Origin: Squalus acanthias
Lineage: Eukaryota
Direction: 5' to 3'
NCBI GenBank assembly: GCA_030390025.1
Contig: CM059432.1
Coordinates: 106,952,001 to 107,016,000 of the forward strand
Length of the DNA: 64,000 nt
Shown here: positions 50,766 through 64,000 of the stretch, one piece after another
Layout: each line of letters opens with the position of its first letter
Position numbering within the stretch: the first letter of the stretch is position 1
Notes under the pieces: model-generated
What the model saw: only the letters and a program-made list of their open reading frames with translations
The model's database searches: none
Told to the model about the DNA's origin: nothing
Position numbers and translations under genes: made by a program

Positions 50766-51953
50766 GTCCTGTGCCTTTTTTAAGACCCTTCTGCAAAATG
50801 CGTGAAAAACTAGGTGGAGCATGCGCCCAGCATGTTCCGACTAGTTTTTCCAGTTCTACTGCAGACCTTAAAGGGACTGCTGGAGCCGCTAAAGAAATGC
50901 TGGGGAAAGTTTTCTTTTACTTTACCTTTGGTGGAGCGTGGAGGAGCAGGAGTGCTCCTCCCAACTCCACGGCGCTTCTATGGGTCGCTGCCAGCCCGTA
51001 CTCTGCCCTCCTGCATTTCCTCCATGTATTGGAGCTTGTGATGCTCCCTGAGCGCAGTGAGAATCCCCAGTCTCCGTCCCCTTGTTTCCCATTTGCCCAT
51101 TAGTGGAACAGTCTTTCACTGTTTACCCACAGTTCGGTCCCCAGGTTTCACTCACCCCCCTTTACTAGCTGCACCACTCTCAACACCGCTCCCACTCACC
51201 ACGTTGCTGCTGCTGCTCCCAGCTCTGCAGGAGATGCTGGGTCCCACACCCACCCCATTCCTATCCACCCGATCCCTAGTCTCCCTGTCTTCCTCCGCCC
51301 AAGCCCTAATTTCCCAACCCCCGTTCCATAGTCTGCCTCACTCCCTCTCTCCGAGCTCCTGACCACCAGTCCTGTCACCTGAGCCCCAATCTGCCTCCTG
51401 ACACCCCTCTCTCGAGTTCCAATCCAAGTCTCCCGACCCCCACCCCCAAAATCTGCTGTCCAGTAGTTACCTTCTTCCAGCCATCCTCCACCACCGATAA
51501 CAGACCATAATCACAGTCCAAAAGGATATTATTCATGACTTCAACTTTTTAAAAAATAATACGTATTTATATTATGTACAATGTAGGAAGAAGCCATAGC
51601 TTTATGGAGCTGCATCCAAATACAATTGCTCCTGCTCGCAGTCCAAGTACACGTGCTGCCACTCGTGCTGCAAGTGCGCCTGTTGCCACTCGCGCTCCAA
51701 ATACACTTCCTTCAGCTAAGGTGCGGTGACTTGGAAATGTAAAAAAAAAGCAGGAAACGAGAGAGCCTTTTTAACTTTCCAAGTAAAGGCGATGTGAAGA
51801 CTGACACTGCTTTGATGCACAAAAATTTAATGTGTACATAGAGTACTGTAAATTTAGAATACGATTTAGTTTTTTTTTAAAAAGCGACTTGTGTCTTTGT
51901 TTTGTGGTTAAAAGGTTGTCTTATATACCATTACTCACATTCATTTGTTTCAG

Positions 51954-52088
51954 ACCCTGTCTGCTCTCGCCAAGCTGATGAAGGAGTGTTGGTACCAAAA
52001 TCCCTCTGCACGGCTCACTGCGTTACGCATCAAAAAGACTTTAGGGAAAATAAGCAACTCATTAGAGAAAGTAAAACTGGAGTGCTGA
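51954..52088 (+). CDS. acvr1l: ACVR1-family last coding exon
   Basis: tgtttcag|[47 protein letters not shown] then TGA (52086-52088). Splice phases are consistent across all seven exons. Confidence 0.96.
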   Translation, partial: TLSALAKLMKECWYQNPSARLTALRIKKTLGKISNSLEKVKLEC

Positions 52089-53950
52089 GCGGAAAATGAG
52101 CACAGATTTTTACCACTTCTCAACAATTATAACGAGATCTGGATAGGATGAAACGCAGATCTCAAACTGCCCATTATTCTGTTTTTACAGTTAGCGTATG
52201 GACAGAGTCGAGAAGTGGCAGCAAGGGCGCCATGGTTTGAAGTGGCAGATGGATCATTGTCTTTAACCAGACCAATCACTCAACCATGGCCGTTCCTCTT
52301 GATACAAATTAAATCAGGCAGTCGTTTCATGTTCACCGGCTGCTCACTAATTTGAGTTCTATTTGGAAGGGGAAGTTTTGCACTAAGTAATTTCTCAAGT
52401 TTTTTTTTGCATTGATGTACAATTATCAAGTAGGCTGCAATAGCCCTGACCTGTGTATTTATCTTCAGTCTGTAAAATAGCATGCAGTTTTTCAATCTGA
52501 ATAGGTAAAACTTAGTTGTTTTGTTACGGGAGATACTTGAACCATCTAATGGTTATTGGATTTGAATATAAAGCTACAGTGGTCCTTAATCTTTTATGTG
52601 AAAGGACAACATATTCACCAACTAGTAATGGTGGTGCCTTGGCATTTATGAGCTACAGTTAACTTGTTTAAGGTTAAGTTAAACAAATTAACGAAGTACT
52701 TTCCACAGTAGTATGTGTATCTGTTTAAAACTAATGTTCGCTCAGATTGTATGCTTTGACTTTATTGTTGTACCCAAGGTTTAAAATTATTTTTTATATA
52801 ATATTTTTATCGTAGGAAGTAACATTCTTGTCATTTTGATTTGCTGTTTAGAATTTGAATGTTTCTTAAAAAAAAAAAGAAACAGAACAAAGACTTAAGT
52901 TAATCTGTGATTATACCTGTAGTTAACTACAGTTGAGAAAATATACAGTTTGTCTTAATATGTAAGTGCCCAACTATTTAACTTAATTGTGGTCAAAACA
53001 CTATTCTGTGATTTGTGTGTCTTTCTGAAAAATTGATTGTGATACATAAAGGAAATAATGAATTACTGATTCCTATCATGTACAAAAAGTCAGAACACTA
53101 AATGGACACTAATGAGGGGGCATTGTACTGGAAGGGACACAAGCCAACAGAAATTACTTGCGTGTATAGTCATTGAAAGATAAGGAAATTAGTCACAAAA
53201 GTACTTTAAGGAAAATGTGATCTCCATTGAGAATTGTTTCCCTAAAATACTATAATAGTAGAATACTACATGTGCATCTTTAATGTAAATGTATGCAGCC
53301 TGCTTTGTTGCCTTTTATTACTGTGTTTTAATTTGTGCAATGGACCTCAGAGAACTCGATTTATTATGTAGTTTTAAACAAAAGGGCTTACTGGGTTATT
53401 TTATAAGTGAAAGTATGTTGCATTTGTAGACAAAAGGTTAATCATTTCATTTGGGACATCTGATGAGCTTTACCGTTTGGTTAATTGTGTAACGAATAGC
53501 TATACCATTCTTGCACTGTAATACTTCCCAGTACTTCAGTGTATTTCAGTTTTTGAAACAGCAATAATTGAATATTAAAATTAGGTATTCCTGCGATTGT
53601 TTACGTACAGAAAAAGCATCATCTTAACCTATTACTGCAGTGATGCCTAAATTAACGTCCGTCACTACACTTCATAACCTGGTTGCAATATCTATTTAAC
53701 AGTAACTCTAAGACAACAGATATTTATGAATGAGCAATATTAAGCTACTATGTCACTTACATTTAGCAGTGCTGCATTATAAGATGCGACAACTATGATT
53801 AAAGTTTCAGTGTTCATACTTGGAGAAAAACATTGTTTTAGCCTTAATCCTTGGAGGACTCTGGTGCAATTTTTCACTTTTAAAAATACATCAATGTCAA
53901 AGTTTTTCATTTAATTCGGTAAAAACTAATAAAGATGTCCTGTGTGTTCT
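52089..53950 (+). other. Probable 3' UTR of the ACVR1-family gene
   Basis: AT-rich sequence with no recognisable TE between the stop codon and AATAAA. The end point is inferred. Confidence 0.6.
53928..53933 (+). terminator. Candidate polyadenylation signal
   Basis: AATAAA followed by a GT/T-rich tract (tgtgtgttcttcactttagtctttgttt). TE-derived DNA resumes shortly after. Confidence 0.6.
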
Positions 53951-54199
53951 TCACTTTAGTCTTTGTTTACATTATTCAGCATCAGAAACCTCGTGAAATA
54001 ATTTTGCAACTTAATGGGGTTTATATCAAGAAGCTGGAAGAGTTCACTTTGAGACTATAGATGTTTAGAAGGCTACATTAACAGTCATTCTGGAAATCCT
54101 GAGAGAAACAAAACAGATACAAGCAACAACAGCTAACCGTTTCCAGGTAAAATCGAATCCGTTATCAGGAGCAAACTCTCGGATTACTTGTATGGTAAC

Positions 54200-54830
54200 C
54201 TAGTAAACAGCAGTCAGCATGGATTGCGACGGGGGAGGATCGTGCCTAACCGACCTCCCTGACCCCCTCAACTGGATGTGGTGCAGATTTCCAAAAAAAA
54301 CTTTTCACAAAGTTCCATTTGTAAGATTGCTACGTTACGTTTAAAGTGGTGGGCTCCTGGGTAAAAAGTTAGGATAGGAAGAGGCAGGTATAATGGAGGA
54401 GTTATATTAAGTGATGGAACGGGAGAAGTGCTGAATGGGGTGCCCCAGGGCTCAAGTTACATTAACAACTTGGATTTAGAGGCTCAGTGAAAACTGATCA
54501 AATTTGCAGACAATACCAAACTAGAATAATCTGAGGAGACAGCCTTGGAATTAGAAAATGAATTGAGCAAAATATATAAATGGACAGAGCATTGGCAGAT
54601 GAAATATAATGTGGGCAAGTGTGAAGTACTGCACATAGGAGGGGAACATGGGTGATACAAGTACTCCATGAATGCTGTTGAAACAGTTAAATGTTGTGAT
54701 CTGGGGGTTTTAGTAGACCTCACATTGAACATGTCCAATCAAAGCAGAGCATTAAACAAAGCAAATAGAATGGTGACCTATATAGACAACAGTAGAATAC
54801 AAGTCAACTGTTCATACTGTACAGGTCAGG
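54200..54830 (+). mobile_element. Highly degenerate CR1 RT fragment
   Basis: Remnants such as cagcatggatt..ggatcgtgcctaacc, ggggtgccccagggctc, aaatttgcagacaataccaaacta and tggcagatgaaatataatgtgg. Confidence 0.6.
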
Positions 54831-55294
54831 CTGCACCTTAAGTGCAGTCCTGTGCTGATCACTGACACAAAAGTACATTGATAAGTAAGTTGGTGTAGCT
54901 GCAGTAGAATGGATTCTGGACATGGGTGCCAGATGACATCTTTAGGGATCCTCCCTCCTGTGTCTGTTTGCCTGGTTAAGAATTTAAAATTTCTCATGGT
55001 GGCCAGTTGCACAAACATCATTTGCAGATTTTGAGTCCTATTCCCAGTATGATATCCAGCCCAGCAGAGTTTGTATCTACGCCAAAGATTGACTGAAGAG
55101 GATAATGGTATTCTGTTTATGTTGATGGAGTGTTTTTTTGTGAATTTTCTGCCCTCCTTTGAAGGCATTGACTCCTTGCTGGGGCATGATTTCAAGGTTG
55201 TCATCCATTACATCACTCAAGTGGCCTTAAAGGTGAGTTCTGACAGGTTATTTGACCATTAGAGACATCAGATCCAAGCCTGATCCTATTCTTA

Positions 55295-57077
55295 CAAAAG
55301 CAAAATACTGTGGATGCTGGAAATCTGAAATAAAAACAGAAAATGCTGGAAATACTCAGCAGGTCAGACAGAATCTGTGGAGAGAGAAACAGAGTTAACA
55401 TTTCAGGTCGATAACCTTTTGTCAGAATTGGAAAAAGTTACAGATGTAACCGGTTTTAAGCAAGTGCAGAGGCAGGGAAAGCAGATGGGAAGCTCTGTGA
55501 TGGGGTCGAAGGCAGGAGAGATTAAATAACAAAAGAGATGATGGTGCAAGGCAAAAGGGGGTGGTACTGGAACAAGTAAAGAAACTAAAGATGGGTCTAG
55601 AGTGGGTGCAAATGGGAATAGCAGAATCATCACCAACAGCTGTTGTCCAAAACAATGGGGGCAGAGGTTATGATATGGAATTGTTGAACTCAATGTTGAG
55701 TCCGGAAGGCTGAAAAGTGCCTAATCGAAAGATGAGGTGCTGTTCCTCGAGCTTATATTGAGCTTCGTTGGAACAGTGTAGGAGGCGGAGGTCAAAGTGG
55801 GGTGGAGAATTAAAGTGACAGGCAACCAGAAGCTCAGGATCACGCTTGTGGACGAAACTGAGGTGTTCTGCAAAGCGGTCACCCAATCTGCGTTTGGTCT
55901 CCCCAATGTAGAGGAGACCACATCGTCAGCAGCGAACACAGTATACCAAATTGAAAGTACAAGTAAATTGCAGTTACACCTGGAAAAATTGTTTGGGGCC
56001 CTGGACAATGGGAAGGGAGGTAAAAGGGCAGGCGTTACATCTCCTGCGCTTGCATGGGAAGGGGAGGGGGGTGTTGGGGGTGATTGAGGAGCGGAGCAGG
56101 GTGTCTCCGTGGGAATGGTCCCTTTGGAATGCTGAAAGGTGAGGGGTGGGGAAGATGTGTTTGGTGGTGGGATCATGGTGGAGGATGATCCATTGAATGT
56201 GGAGGCTGGTGGGGTGGAAGGTGAGGAAAAAGGGACCCCTATAAGTGGTTCTGGGAGGGAGGAGAAGGGGTGAGAGCGGATGTGCAGGAAATGGAACAGA
56301 CACGGTTGAGGGCATATCAACCACAGTAGAGGGGAATCCTCGGTTAAGGAAAAAGGAAGACATATCGGAAGCACTAGTGTGGAAAGTGGCATCGTCCAAA
56401 CAGATGCAACGGAGACGGAGATGCTGGGAGAATGGAATTAGAGTCCTTCTAGGAAGCAGGGTGGAAAGAAGTGTAGTCAAGGTAGCTGTGGGAGTCGGTG
56501 GGCTTAGAGTGGATATTGGTTGACTGCCTATCCCCAGAAATGGAGACAGAGACGTTGAGAAAGGGAAACGAAGAGTCGGTGAGTGAAGGGTGGAAATTGG
56601 AAGCAATGTTGATTAAATTTTCTAGTTCAGGGCTGGAGCAGGAAATGGCACCGATAGTCATCAATGTACTGGAAAAAGAGGTGAGGGAGGGGACCCGAGT
56701 AGCACTGGAACAAAGAATGTTCCACATAGCTCAAGAAAAGGCAGGCATAACTAGGACCCATATGGGTTCCCATAGCAACACCTTTTATTTGGAGGAAGTG
56801 AGTGGAGTCAAAAGAGAAGTTGTTCAGGGTGAGAACAAGTTCAGCCAGGTGAAGGAGGGTGGTGGTGGATGGGGACTGGTTGGGCCTCTGTTCAAGGAAG
56901 AAGCAGAGAGCCCTCAGGCTGTCCTGGTAGGGGATGGAGGTGTAGAGAGATTAGACGTCCATGGTGAAAAGCAGCCGGTTAGGGCCAGGAAACTGGAAAC
57001 TTAAAGTGGCAGAGGGCGTCGGAAGAGTCGCGGATGTAGGTGGGTAGAGACTAGACAAGGGGAGAAAAGATCGTCGA
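55295..57077 (-). mobile_element. Penelope-like element, second copy (5'-truncated, more decayed)
   Basis: Reverse complement is collinear with about 8060-9900 (FTMDV, GDRFAEHL, LEEQHLIFRLGT). TCCTATTCTTA occurs at 55284-55294 and 57220-57230. Confidence 0.9.
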
Positions 57078-57085
57078 GTCCTTTT

Positions 57086-57218
57086 CAATGTTCCTTGTAA
57101 GCTGCACTTGGTTCTGCACGGCCAGTTTTTTTTAATGCGACGTCCCTTTAAATTTCTGCGCATGCTCGGTATTTACAATGGGAAAAGCCGGTGGCCTCGC
57201 AGCTTAGAGGGAACATTG
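57086..57218. mobile_element. hAT-like MITE (same family as 50598)
   Basis: TIRs CAATGTTCCTTGTAAGCTGC ... GCAGCTTAGAGGGAACATTG. 8-bp TSD GTCCTTTT/GTCCTATT. Confidence 0.75.
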
Positions 57219-57646
57219 GTCCTATTCTTATCTGGCATCCACACTCATGCACCTACAGGGAGGGGGAACAGGGGCTCTATCAATTAGAAGTTGGAACCAT
57301 GGTGAGTTTTTCTCCTCCCTAATCTTGGACATTTAGACCAATTATAATGTCCCTGCCATTGCCCCATTGGAGAGCTAATTCAGCACAGACAGGGACTCAA
57401 AACTAGAATCTCCTGGTCTCAAGTCTCAGCTACTAGTGGTGTCTTAAGGGTGTTTTTTTTTACGATAGGAGCCCAATGGGCCAGACACAGTGGATAGCAG
57501 GGGGTATATGCCAGCATGACTACCTGCATCCCCTTCCTTCACCCTATAATAGTCATTCTTGTCACTGATGCCGATGCAGATTCAAGGGTTTAACAGTTCT
57601 GCCACTTTAACAGTTTGCAGAATCACAAACAAATCTCACCATAAAC

Positions 57647-57920
57647 TGTTTGGTTCAGTGGTAGCACTCTTGCCTCAGAGTGAGGAGTTCATGGGTTCAA
57701 GCCCCACTCCAGAGGCTTGAGCAGATAATCTAGGCTGACATTCCTGACCGCTGGAGGTGCTGGCTTCAAATGAACAGTTAACCCGAGGCTCCATCTGCCC
57801 TCTGAGGTGGATGTAGAAATTTCCATGGCACTATTCAAAGAAATGCAGGGGAGTTCTCCTCGTGTCCTGGGCAACATTTCTCCCTCAACCAACACTACCA
57901 AAACCAGATTAACTGGGTTA
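57647..57920 (+). mobile_element. Deu-domain SINE, partial
   Basis: tggttcagtggtagcactcttgcctc..gggttcaagcccca..ggtggatgtagaaatttccatggcactatt. Confidence 0.7.
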
Positions 57921-59189
57921 CGCCACTGTGCCACAAGTGTTAGGAGGATTGAGTACCAGGCATGAACAGTAATAGAAGGTATTGCTGTTATACTTCAGTT
58001 AGTATCTAGGTGTTAGCAATGTCACAAAGGCATTACTAAATCGTGAGGCAAGAATAAGAGTGACAAATTGGGAGTCTTAAATTTGAAAGATATAGATTTA
58101 CAGTAGAAATTCTAATGTATCTCCTGAAAGGAAAACAGTAAAAGTCACAATCTATATGCTTAAACTGTTTTTATATTTGCAATTATTTTCTTTCTTGTAT
58201 TCTTTACTAACTACATGAGCTAAGCGGTCTACCTTGTCTTTCTGTGGAGATTTTAATCAGTTTGACTCGGCCTCACTCAAATGACGCTCCTGTTCATTCT
58301 ACTCGGACAACTGCAGAGACTTGTTAGATTTCCACAGCTGCCAGCCACTTTCAAAAATAATTGCCTGTTCTATCTGTAACTGAACCAATCACAAAGTCTC
58401 TATACAATTGAAATGTGTGTGTTGATCACTCTATTAAGCCTGTTATCATTGGAAACAATAATGACAAACTTTGCAACATGGGTTGAGATAGGATGGGACC
58501 ATACAGGTTACTTTTTAAACTCTTCCTTTCATTCAAGTACAAGAAATAAGATAGCCACCAGACCAAAACAAAAGAGAATTGCTTCATTTCGGTCACAGCT
58601 AATGCGAGATGGCCACAAGTTTGCTTCTGCTGCATCTTCATGTGGCAGGTAGTCCTTTATTGCCTTTACTTCCTCCAAAAAGAATGAAGGGAGATTCCCA
58701 TGGGAAAGCACACTGTTCCAAAACACGGAAGTACTAAAATGTTTGATTATAAAGCTTCCTGACCATTGAGTACCTGACTGGGGACAAAGGAACATTTTAA
58801 AAATTGGAAACCAGCCTCATAAAGCAGCAAGTCAACAACTAGGATTCTTCGAATGTTCTTCATGCAATGCAGTCCCTAGCAATGCTGGGCATCCATTTTA
58901 TATAGGCAGGTTCTTGACTCGGTACTATTCCATCACAAGCTCCAGGAAAATGATTTTTAGATATCGCTCAGCAGTCACTGAAATTGTCATTGCATGTTTC
59001 CACGTCATTTTGTGCAAGGCAGGACAATTGATTTGTTATTTGCTTAATAAGGCACATATAGAGTACACTTTCCAGCTGCCATTAGACTACAAACCAGCCA
59101 CCTGCTGTACCGTCCTGATATGCTGCCAATCACAACCAGCCACGCTGACCGGTGTCACCAACAACATCCTTCCAGGCTGTGGCTAGGGC

Positions 59190-59722
59190 TCATAGCCTCT
59201 CCTTGACTGCTTCGCTGCCTTTGATACAATCGACCATTTAATCCTCCACAAACCTTTCCCCATCATATTGCACCTCCATGCTGCTACTCTCTCATTGTTC
59301 AATTCCCACAAATTGCATCCTACTAGTCTTTTACATGCATCATCCAGGAAGTATGAGGTCAGTTTTCACTACACATGCTGCTAACACTTAGCTCTGCCTC
59401 TTCCATTGACCCTAGAGTTGTTGCCACTCTCTCCAACTCCATATCCAATAGAATTTCTGGATAAGCTAAAATCAGCCATCTTCTTCAGTTCCTGCAAACA
59501 CCTACGTGCCTTCAGCCTCAATTATATCAACCTCCTAGGCTGCCATCTCAGGTTAAGCTCAGAGGTGTGAAATCTGAGCTCAACAGCTCCTCTACAACTG
59601 ATCCATGACCAAACCACTCTCCCCTCCAAAGCATTGCCCACCTCCACCTCAATTCTGCCACCGAAATCCTAATCCATGCCTTTATCATCTTGAGGCTCGA
59701 ATTCTCCTTGGCATCTCCAGGT
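59190..59722 (+). mobile_element. Old L2-type fragment, apparently continuing at about 60195-60227 and 62475-62640 around younger inserts
   Basis: ccttgac..gctgcctttgatacaatcgaccat (LD..AAFDTIDH) and gaaatcctaatccatgcctttatc. Confidence 0.5.
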
Positions 59723-59724
59723 AT

Positions 59725-60172
59725 CAGCCGTGGCTCAGCAGTAGCACTCTTGCCTCTTAGAAGATTGTGGGCTGAAGTCCCATTGCAGAGACTTGAACAC
59801 AAAGATCTAGGTTGACACTCCAGTACAGTACTGAGAGAGTGCTGCACTGTTGGAGGTGCCGTCTTTCAGGTGAGACCTTAAATTGAGGCCCCGTCTGCTC
59901 TCACAGGTGGACGTAAAAGACTCCATGACACAATATTAAAGAAAAGCATGGAAGTTATCCCCAGTGTCCTGGCCAATATTTATCCCTCAACCAACATCAC
60001 TTAAAAAAAATTATCTGGTCATCATCACATTGCTGTTTGTGGGGCCTTGCTGTGCACGAATTGGCTGATGCATTTCCTACATTACAACAGTGACTGCACT
60101 TCAAAAGTAATTAACTGGCTGTAAAGCACCTTGGGATGTCCTGAGGCTGTAAAAGGCGATATATAAATGCAA
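59725..60172 (+). mobile_element. Full-length Deu-domain SINE (SacSINE1-like)
   Basis: tRNA-like head ccgtggctcagcagtagcactcttgcc, Deu core ggtggacgtaaaagactccatg..gtcctggccaatatttatccctcaaccaac, and L2-like tail aaaggcgatatataaatgcaag. Confidence 0.8.
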
Positions 60173-60227
60173 GATATTCTACTTCAGCAATCGTTCTATT
60201 TTAGCAGCCTCCAAGTTTGCATCATCC

Positions 60228-62465
60228 ATGAAAGTAGGGTCCTAAATCTAAACAAAGGAAACTACGAAGGTATGAGGAGTGAGTTGGCTATGATAGATTG
60301 GGGAGCTTCATTAAAAGGCATGACGGTGGATAGGCAATGGCTAACATTTAAGGAATGAATGCATGAATTGCAACAGTTATACATTCCTTTTGCAAAAACA
60401 CAAAAGGAAAAGCGGCCCAACCATGGCTAACAAAAGAAATTAAGGACAGTATTAGATCCAAAGAGGAGTCACACAAAGTTGCCAGAAAAAGTAGCAAGCC
60501 TGAGGATTGGGAACAGTTTAGAGTTCAGCAAAAAAGGACTGCGAGATTGATTAAGAGGGGAAAAATAGAGTATGAGAGTAAACTTGCAAGGAACATAAAA
60601 GTGGATTGTAAAAGCTTCTACAAGTATGTAAAAAGAAAAAGATTAGTGAAGACAAATGTAGGTCCCTTACAGTCAGAAATGGGAGAATTTATAATGGGGA
60701 ACAAGGAAATGGCAGAGCAATTAAACAAATACTTTGGTTCTGTCTTCATGGAAGAGGACACAAATAACTTCCCAGAAATGCTAGGGAACCAAAGGTCCAG
60801 TGAAAAGGAGAAATTAAAGGAAATTAGTATTAGTAAAAAAAATAGTGCTGGAGAAATTAATGGGACTGAAAGCTGATAAATCCCCAGGGCCTGATAATCT
60901 GCATCCCAGAGTATTAAAAGAGGTAGCCATGGAAATAGTAATGCATTGTTTGTCATCTTCCAAAATTCTATAGATTATGGAACAGCTCCTGCAGATTGGA
61001 GGGTCGCAAATGTAACCCCACTATTTAAAAAAGGAGGGAGAGAGAAAACAGGGAACTACAAAAGGTTAGCCTAACATCAGTAGTAGGGAAAATGCTTCAG
61101 TCTATTATAAAGGATGTGATAACAGGACACTTAGAAAATATCAACGGGATTTGACAAAGTCAACATGGATTTATGAAAGAGAAATCGTGTTTGACAAACC
61201 TACTGGAGTTTTTTGAGGATGTAACTGGTAGAATAGATAAGGGAGAACCAGTGGATGTGATGCATTTGGATTTTCAGAAGGCCTTTGATAAAGTCCCACA
61301 TAAGAGGTTAGTGTGCAAAATTAAAGCCCATGGGATTGGGGGTAATATACTGGCATGGATTAAAAATTGGTTAACAGACAGGAAACAGAGAATAGGAAAT
61401 AAATGGGTCTTTTTCGGGGTGGCAGGCGGTGACTAGTGGGGTACCGCAGGGATCAGTGCTTGGGCCCCAGCTATTCACAATATATATCAATGATTTGGAT
61501 GAGGGAACCAAATGTAATATTTCCAAGTTTGCTGACGACACGAAACTAGGTGGGATTGTGAGTTGTGAGGAGAATGCAAAGAGGCTTCAAGGCGACTTAG
61601 ACAAGTTAAGTGAGTGGCAAATACATGGCAGATGCAGTATAACGTGGATAAATGTGAAGTTATCCACTTCAGGAGGAAAAACAGAAAGGTAGAGTATTAT
61701 TTAGATGGTGATAGATTGGGAAATGCTGATGTACAAAGGGACCTGGGTGTCCTTGTACACCAGTCACTGAAAGCAAACATGCAGGTGCAGCAAGCAGTTA
61801 GGAAGGCAAATGGTATGTTGGCCTTCATTGCAAGAGGATTTGAGTACAGGAGCAAGGATGTCTTACTACAGTTGTACAGGGCCTTGGTGAGACCACACCT
61901 GGAGTACTGTGTGCAGTTTTGGTCTCCTTACCTAAGAAAGGATGTACTTGCCATAGAGGGAGTGCAGCGAAGGTTCACCAGACTGATTCCTGGGATGGCA
62001 GGACTATCGTATGAGGAGAGATTGGGTCGACTAGGCCTGTATTCACTAGAGTTTAGAAGAATGAGAGGGGATCTCATTGAAACGTATAAAATTCTGACAG
62101 GGCTAGACAGACTGGATGCAGGGAGGATGTTTCCCCTGGCTGGGGGGTCTTGAACGAGGGGTCACAGTCTCAGGATATGGGGTAGGACATTTAGGACTGA
62201 GATGAGGAGAAATTTCTTCACTCAGAGGGTGGTGAACCTGTGGAATTCTCTACCATAGAAGGCTGTGGAGGCCAAGTCACTGAATATATTTAAGAAGGAG
62301 ATAGATAGATTTCTGGACACAAAAGGCATCAAGGGGTATGGGGAGAGAGCGGGAATATGGTATTGAGATAGAGGATCAGCCATGGTCATATTGAATGGCG
62401 GAGCAGGCTCGAAGGGCCGAATGGCCTACTCCTGCTCCTATTTTTCTATGTTCTATGTTTCTATG
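60228..62465 (+). mobile_element. CR1 LINE copy I (5'-truncated)
   Basis: [33 protein letters not shown] and RPHLEYCVQFWSP. Tail ttctatgttctatgtttctatg. Confidence 0.93.
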
Positions 62466-63144
62466 AACTACAAATGCATGAAATCACTTCAGTCCTTACC
62501 AAGCCCCATCGACTCTCTATACAGGAGAATTGACTTTATGATTCTCATCCTCACTATCAAGTCCCTCCATGATCTTGGCCCTTGGAATCATCACGATTTT
62601 CTCCAGAATGTGCCCTGCACCATTTTGCTCCTCCAACACCAAAGAAAGAAAGAACTTACATTTATTCAGCGCCTTTCAAAACCTCAGGATATCTCCAAAG
62701 CACTTAACAGCCAATTAAGTATTTTTATGAAGTGTAGCCATTTGTAATATGGTGAAATGCAGCAGCCAATTTACACACAGCAAGATGTACAAATAGCAAT
62801 GAGATAATGACCAGATAATTAGTTTTAGTGCTGTTCGTAAATGTTGACATGGTCCCTCTTCAATCACTAACTCCAATAGTGTATGCCATAGCCTCACAAC
62901 TCACTGTAAACAAGTTTCTCCTGCTCTCTGTCCTAAATCTCTTACATTTAATCTTACATCTATGTCCCCTTCTTGTAGACCTCTCAATCACTGGAAAGTC
63001 TATTTCTCTGTCCCATCACTTAATCATTTTAAACACATTTTAAACACCTCCATCAAATCACCCCATAATCTCCCCTGTTGTAACAAAACAGCCCCAAGTC
63101 TTTCTTTATATTTATAATAACAGTGACTCTGCGTTGTACCCTTT

Positions 63145-63935
63145 CATAGAATCATAGAAATTTACAGCACAGGAGGAGGCCGTTTGGCCCATCTTGTCCG
63201 TGCCTGCCGACAAAGAGCTATCCAGCCAAATCCCACTTTCCAGCACTTGGTCCGAATCCTTGTAGGTTACGGCACTTCAAGTGCATATCCAAGTACTTTT
63301 TAAATGTGATGAGGGGCTCTGCCTCTACCACCCTTTCAGGCAGTGAGTTCCAGACCCCCACCACCCTCTGGGTGAAAAAGGTCTCCTCAAATCCCCTCTA
63401 ATCCTTCTACCAATTACTTTAAATCTATGCCCCTTGGTTATTGACCCCTCTGCTAAGGGAAATAGGTCCTTCCTATATCTAGGCCCCTCATAATTTTATA
63501 CACTTCAATTTGGTCTCCCCTCAGCCTCCTCTGTTCCAAAAAAAACAACCCCAGCTTATCCAATCTTTGCTCATAGCTAAAATTCTCCCGTCCTGGCAAC
63601 ATCCTTGTAAATCTCCTCTGCACCCTCTCTAGTGCAATCACATCCTTCCTGTAATGTGGTGACTAGAACTCCACGCCATATTCTAGCTGCGGCCTAACTA
63701 GTGTTTTACACAGTTCAAGCATAACCTCCCTGCTCTTATATTCTATGCCTCAACTAATAAAGGCAAGTATCCCATATGCCGTCTTAACCACCTTATCTAC
63801 CTGTCCTGCTACCTTCAGGGATCTGTGGACATGCACTCCAAGGTCCCTCTGATCCTCTGCAGTTCTCAGTGTCCTACCATTTATTGTTTATTCCTTTGCC
63901 TTGTTAGCCCGCCCCAAATGCATTACCTCACATTT
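63145..63935 (-). mobile_element. CR1 LINE copy J 3' end, followed at 63936-64000 by a tail of the second LINE family running off the window
   Basis: Tail catagaatcatagaa, LERVQRRFTRMLPG on the minus strand, then a T-run and ggatgtgggcgacgctggcaaggccagc. Confidence 0.88.
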
Positions 63936-64000
63936 TTTTTTAATTTGTTTATGGGATGTGGGCGACGCTGGCAAGGCCAGCATTTATTGCCCATCCCTAA

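Overview
This is eukaryotic, repeat-rich vertebrate DNA, most likely from a cartilaginous fish (shark-type CR1 LINEs, HE1/V-SINEs, Deu-domain SINEs, Penelope elements). One host gene lies on the + strand: the 3' part of an activin A receptor type 1 family gene (ALK2/ACVR1, probably the ACVR1L/alk8 paralog). Seven GT-AG coding exons (25838-52088) encode the TM segment, GS box and complete kinase domain, followed by an AT-rich 3' UTR with AATAAA at 53928. I did not find the signal-peptide or ectodomain exons, which probably lie upstream of the window. Much of the remainder is nested transposable elements: about 10 CR1 copies, two long Penelope (RT + GIY-YIG) copies with minimal hammerhead ribozyme motifs, L2 fragments, a second LINE family, SINEs, and hAT- and Harbinger-like MITEs. 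The most notable oddities are: a CpG-rich array of about 18 x 67 bp directly 5' of a CR1 element; two separate CR1 copies interrupted at the same nucleotide by different retroelements; a roughly 180-bp palindrome with a hammerhead core on each strand; and a GC-rich 33-bp minisatellite capped by CRE and YY1 motifs just before a kinase exon. There is no CRISPR array or other prokaryotic system. All family assignments come from motif recognition and recall, not database searches, and many TE boundaries are approximate.
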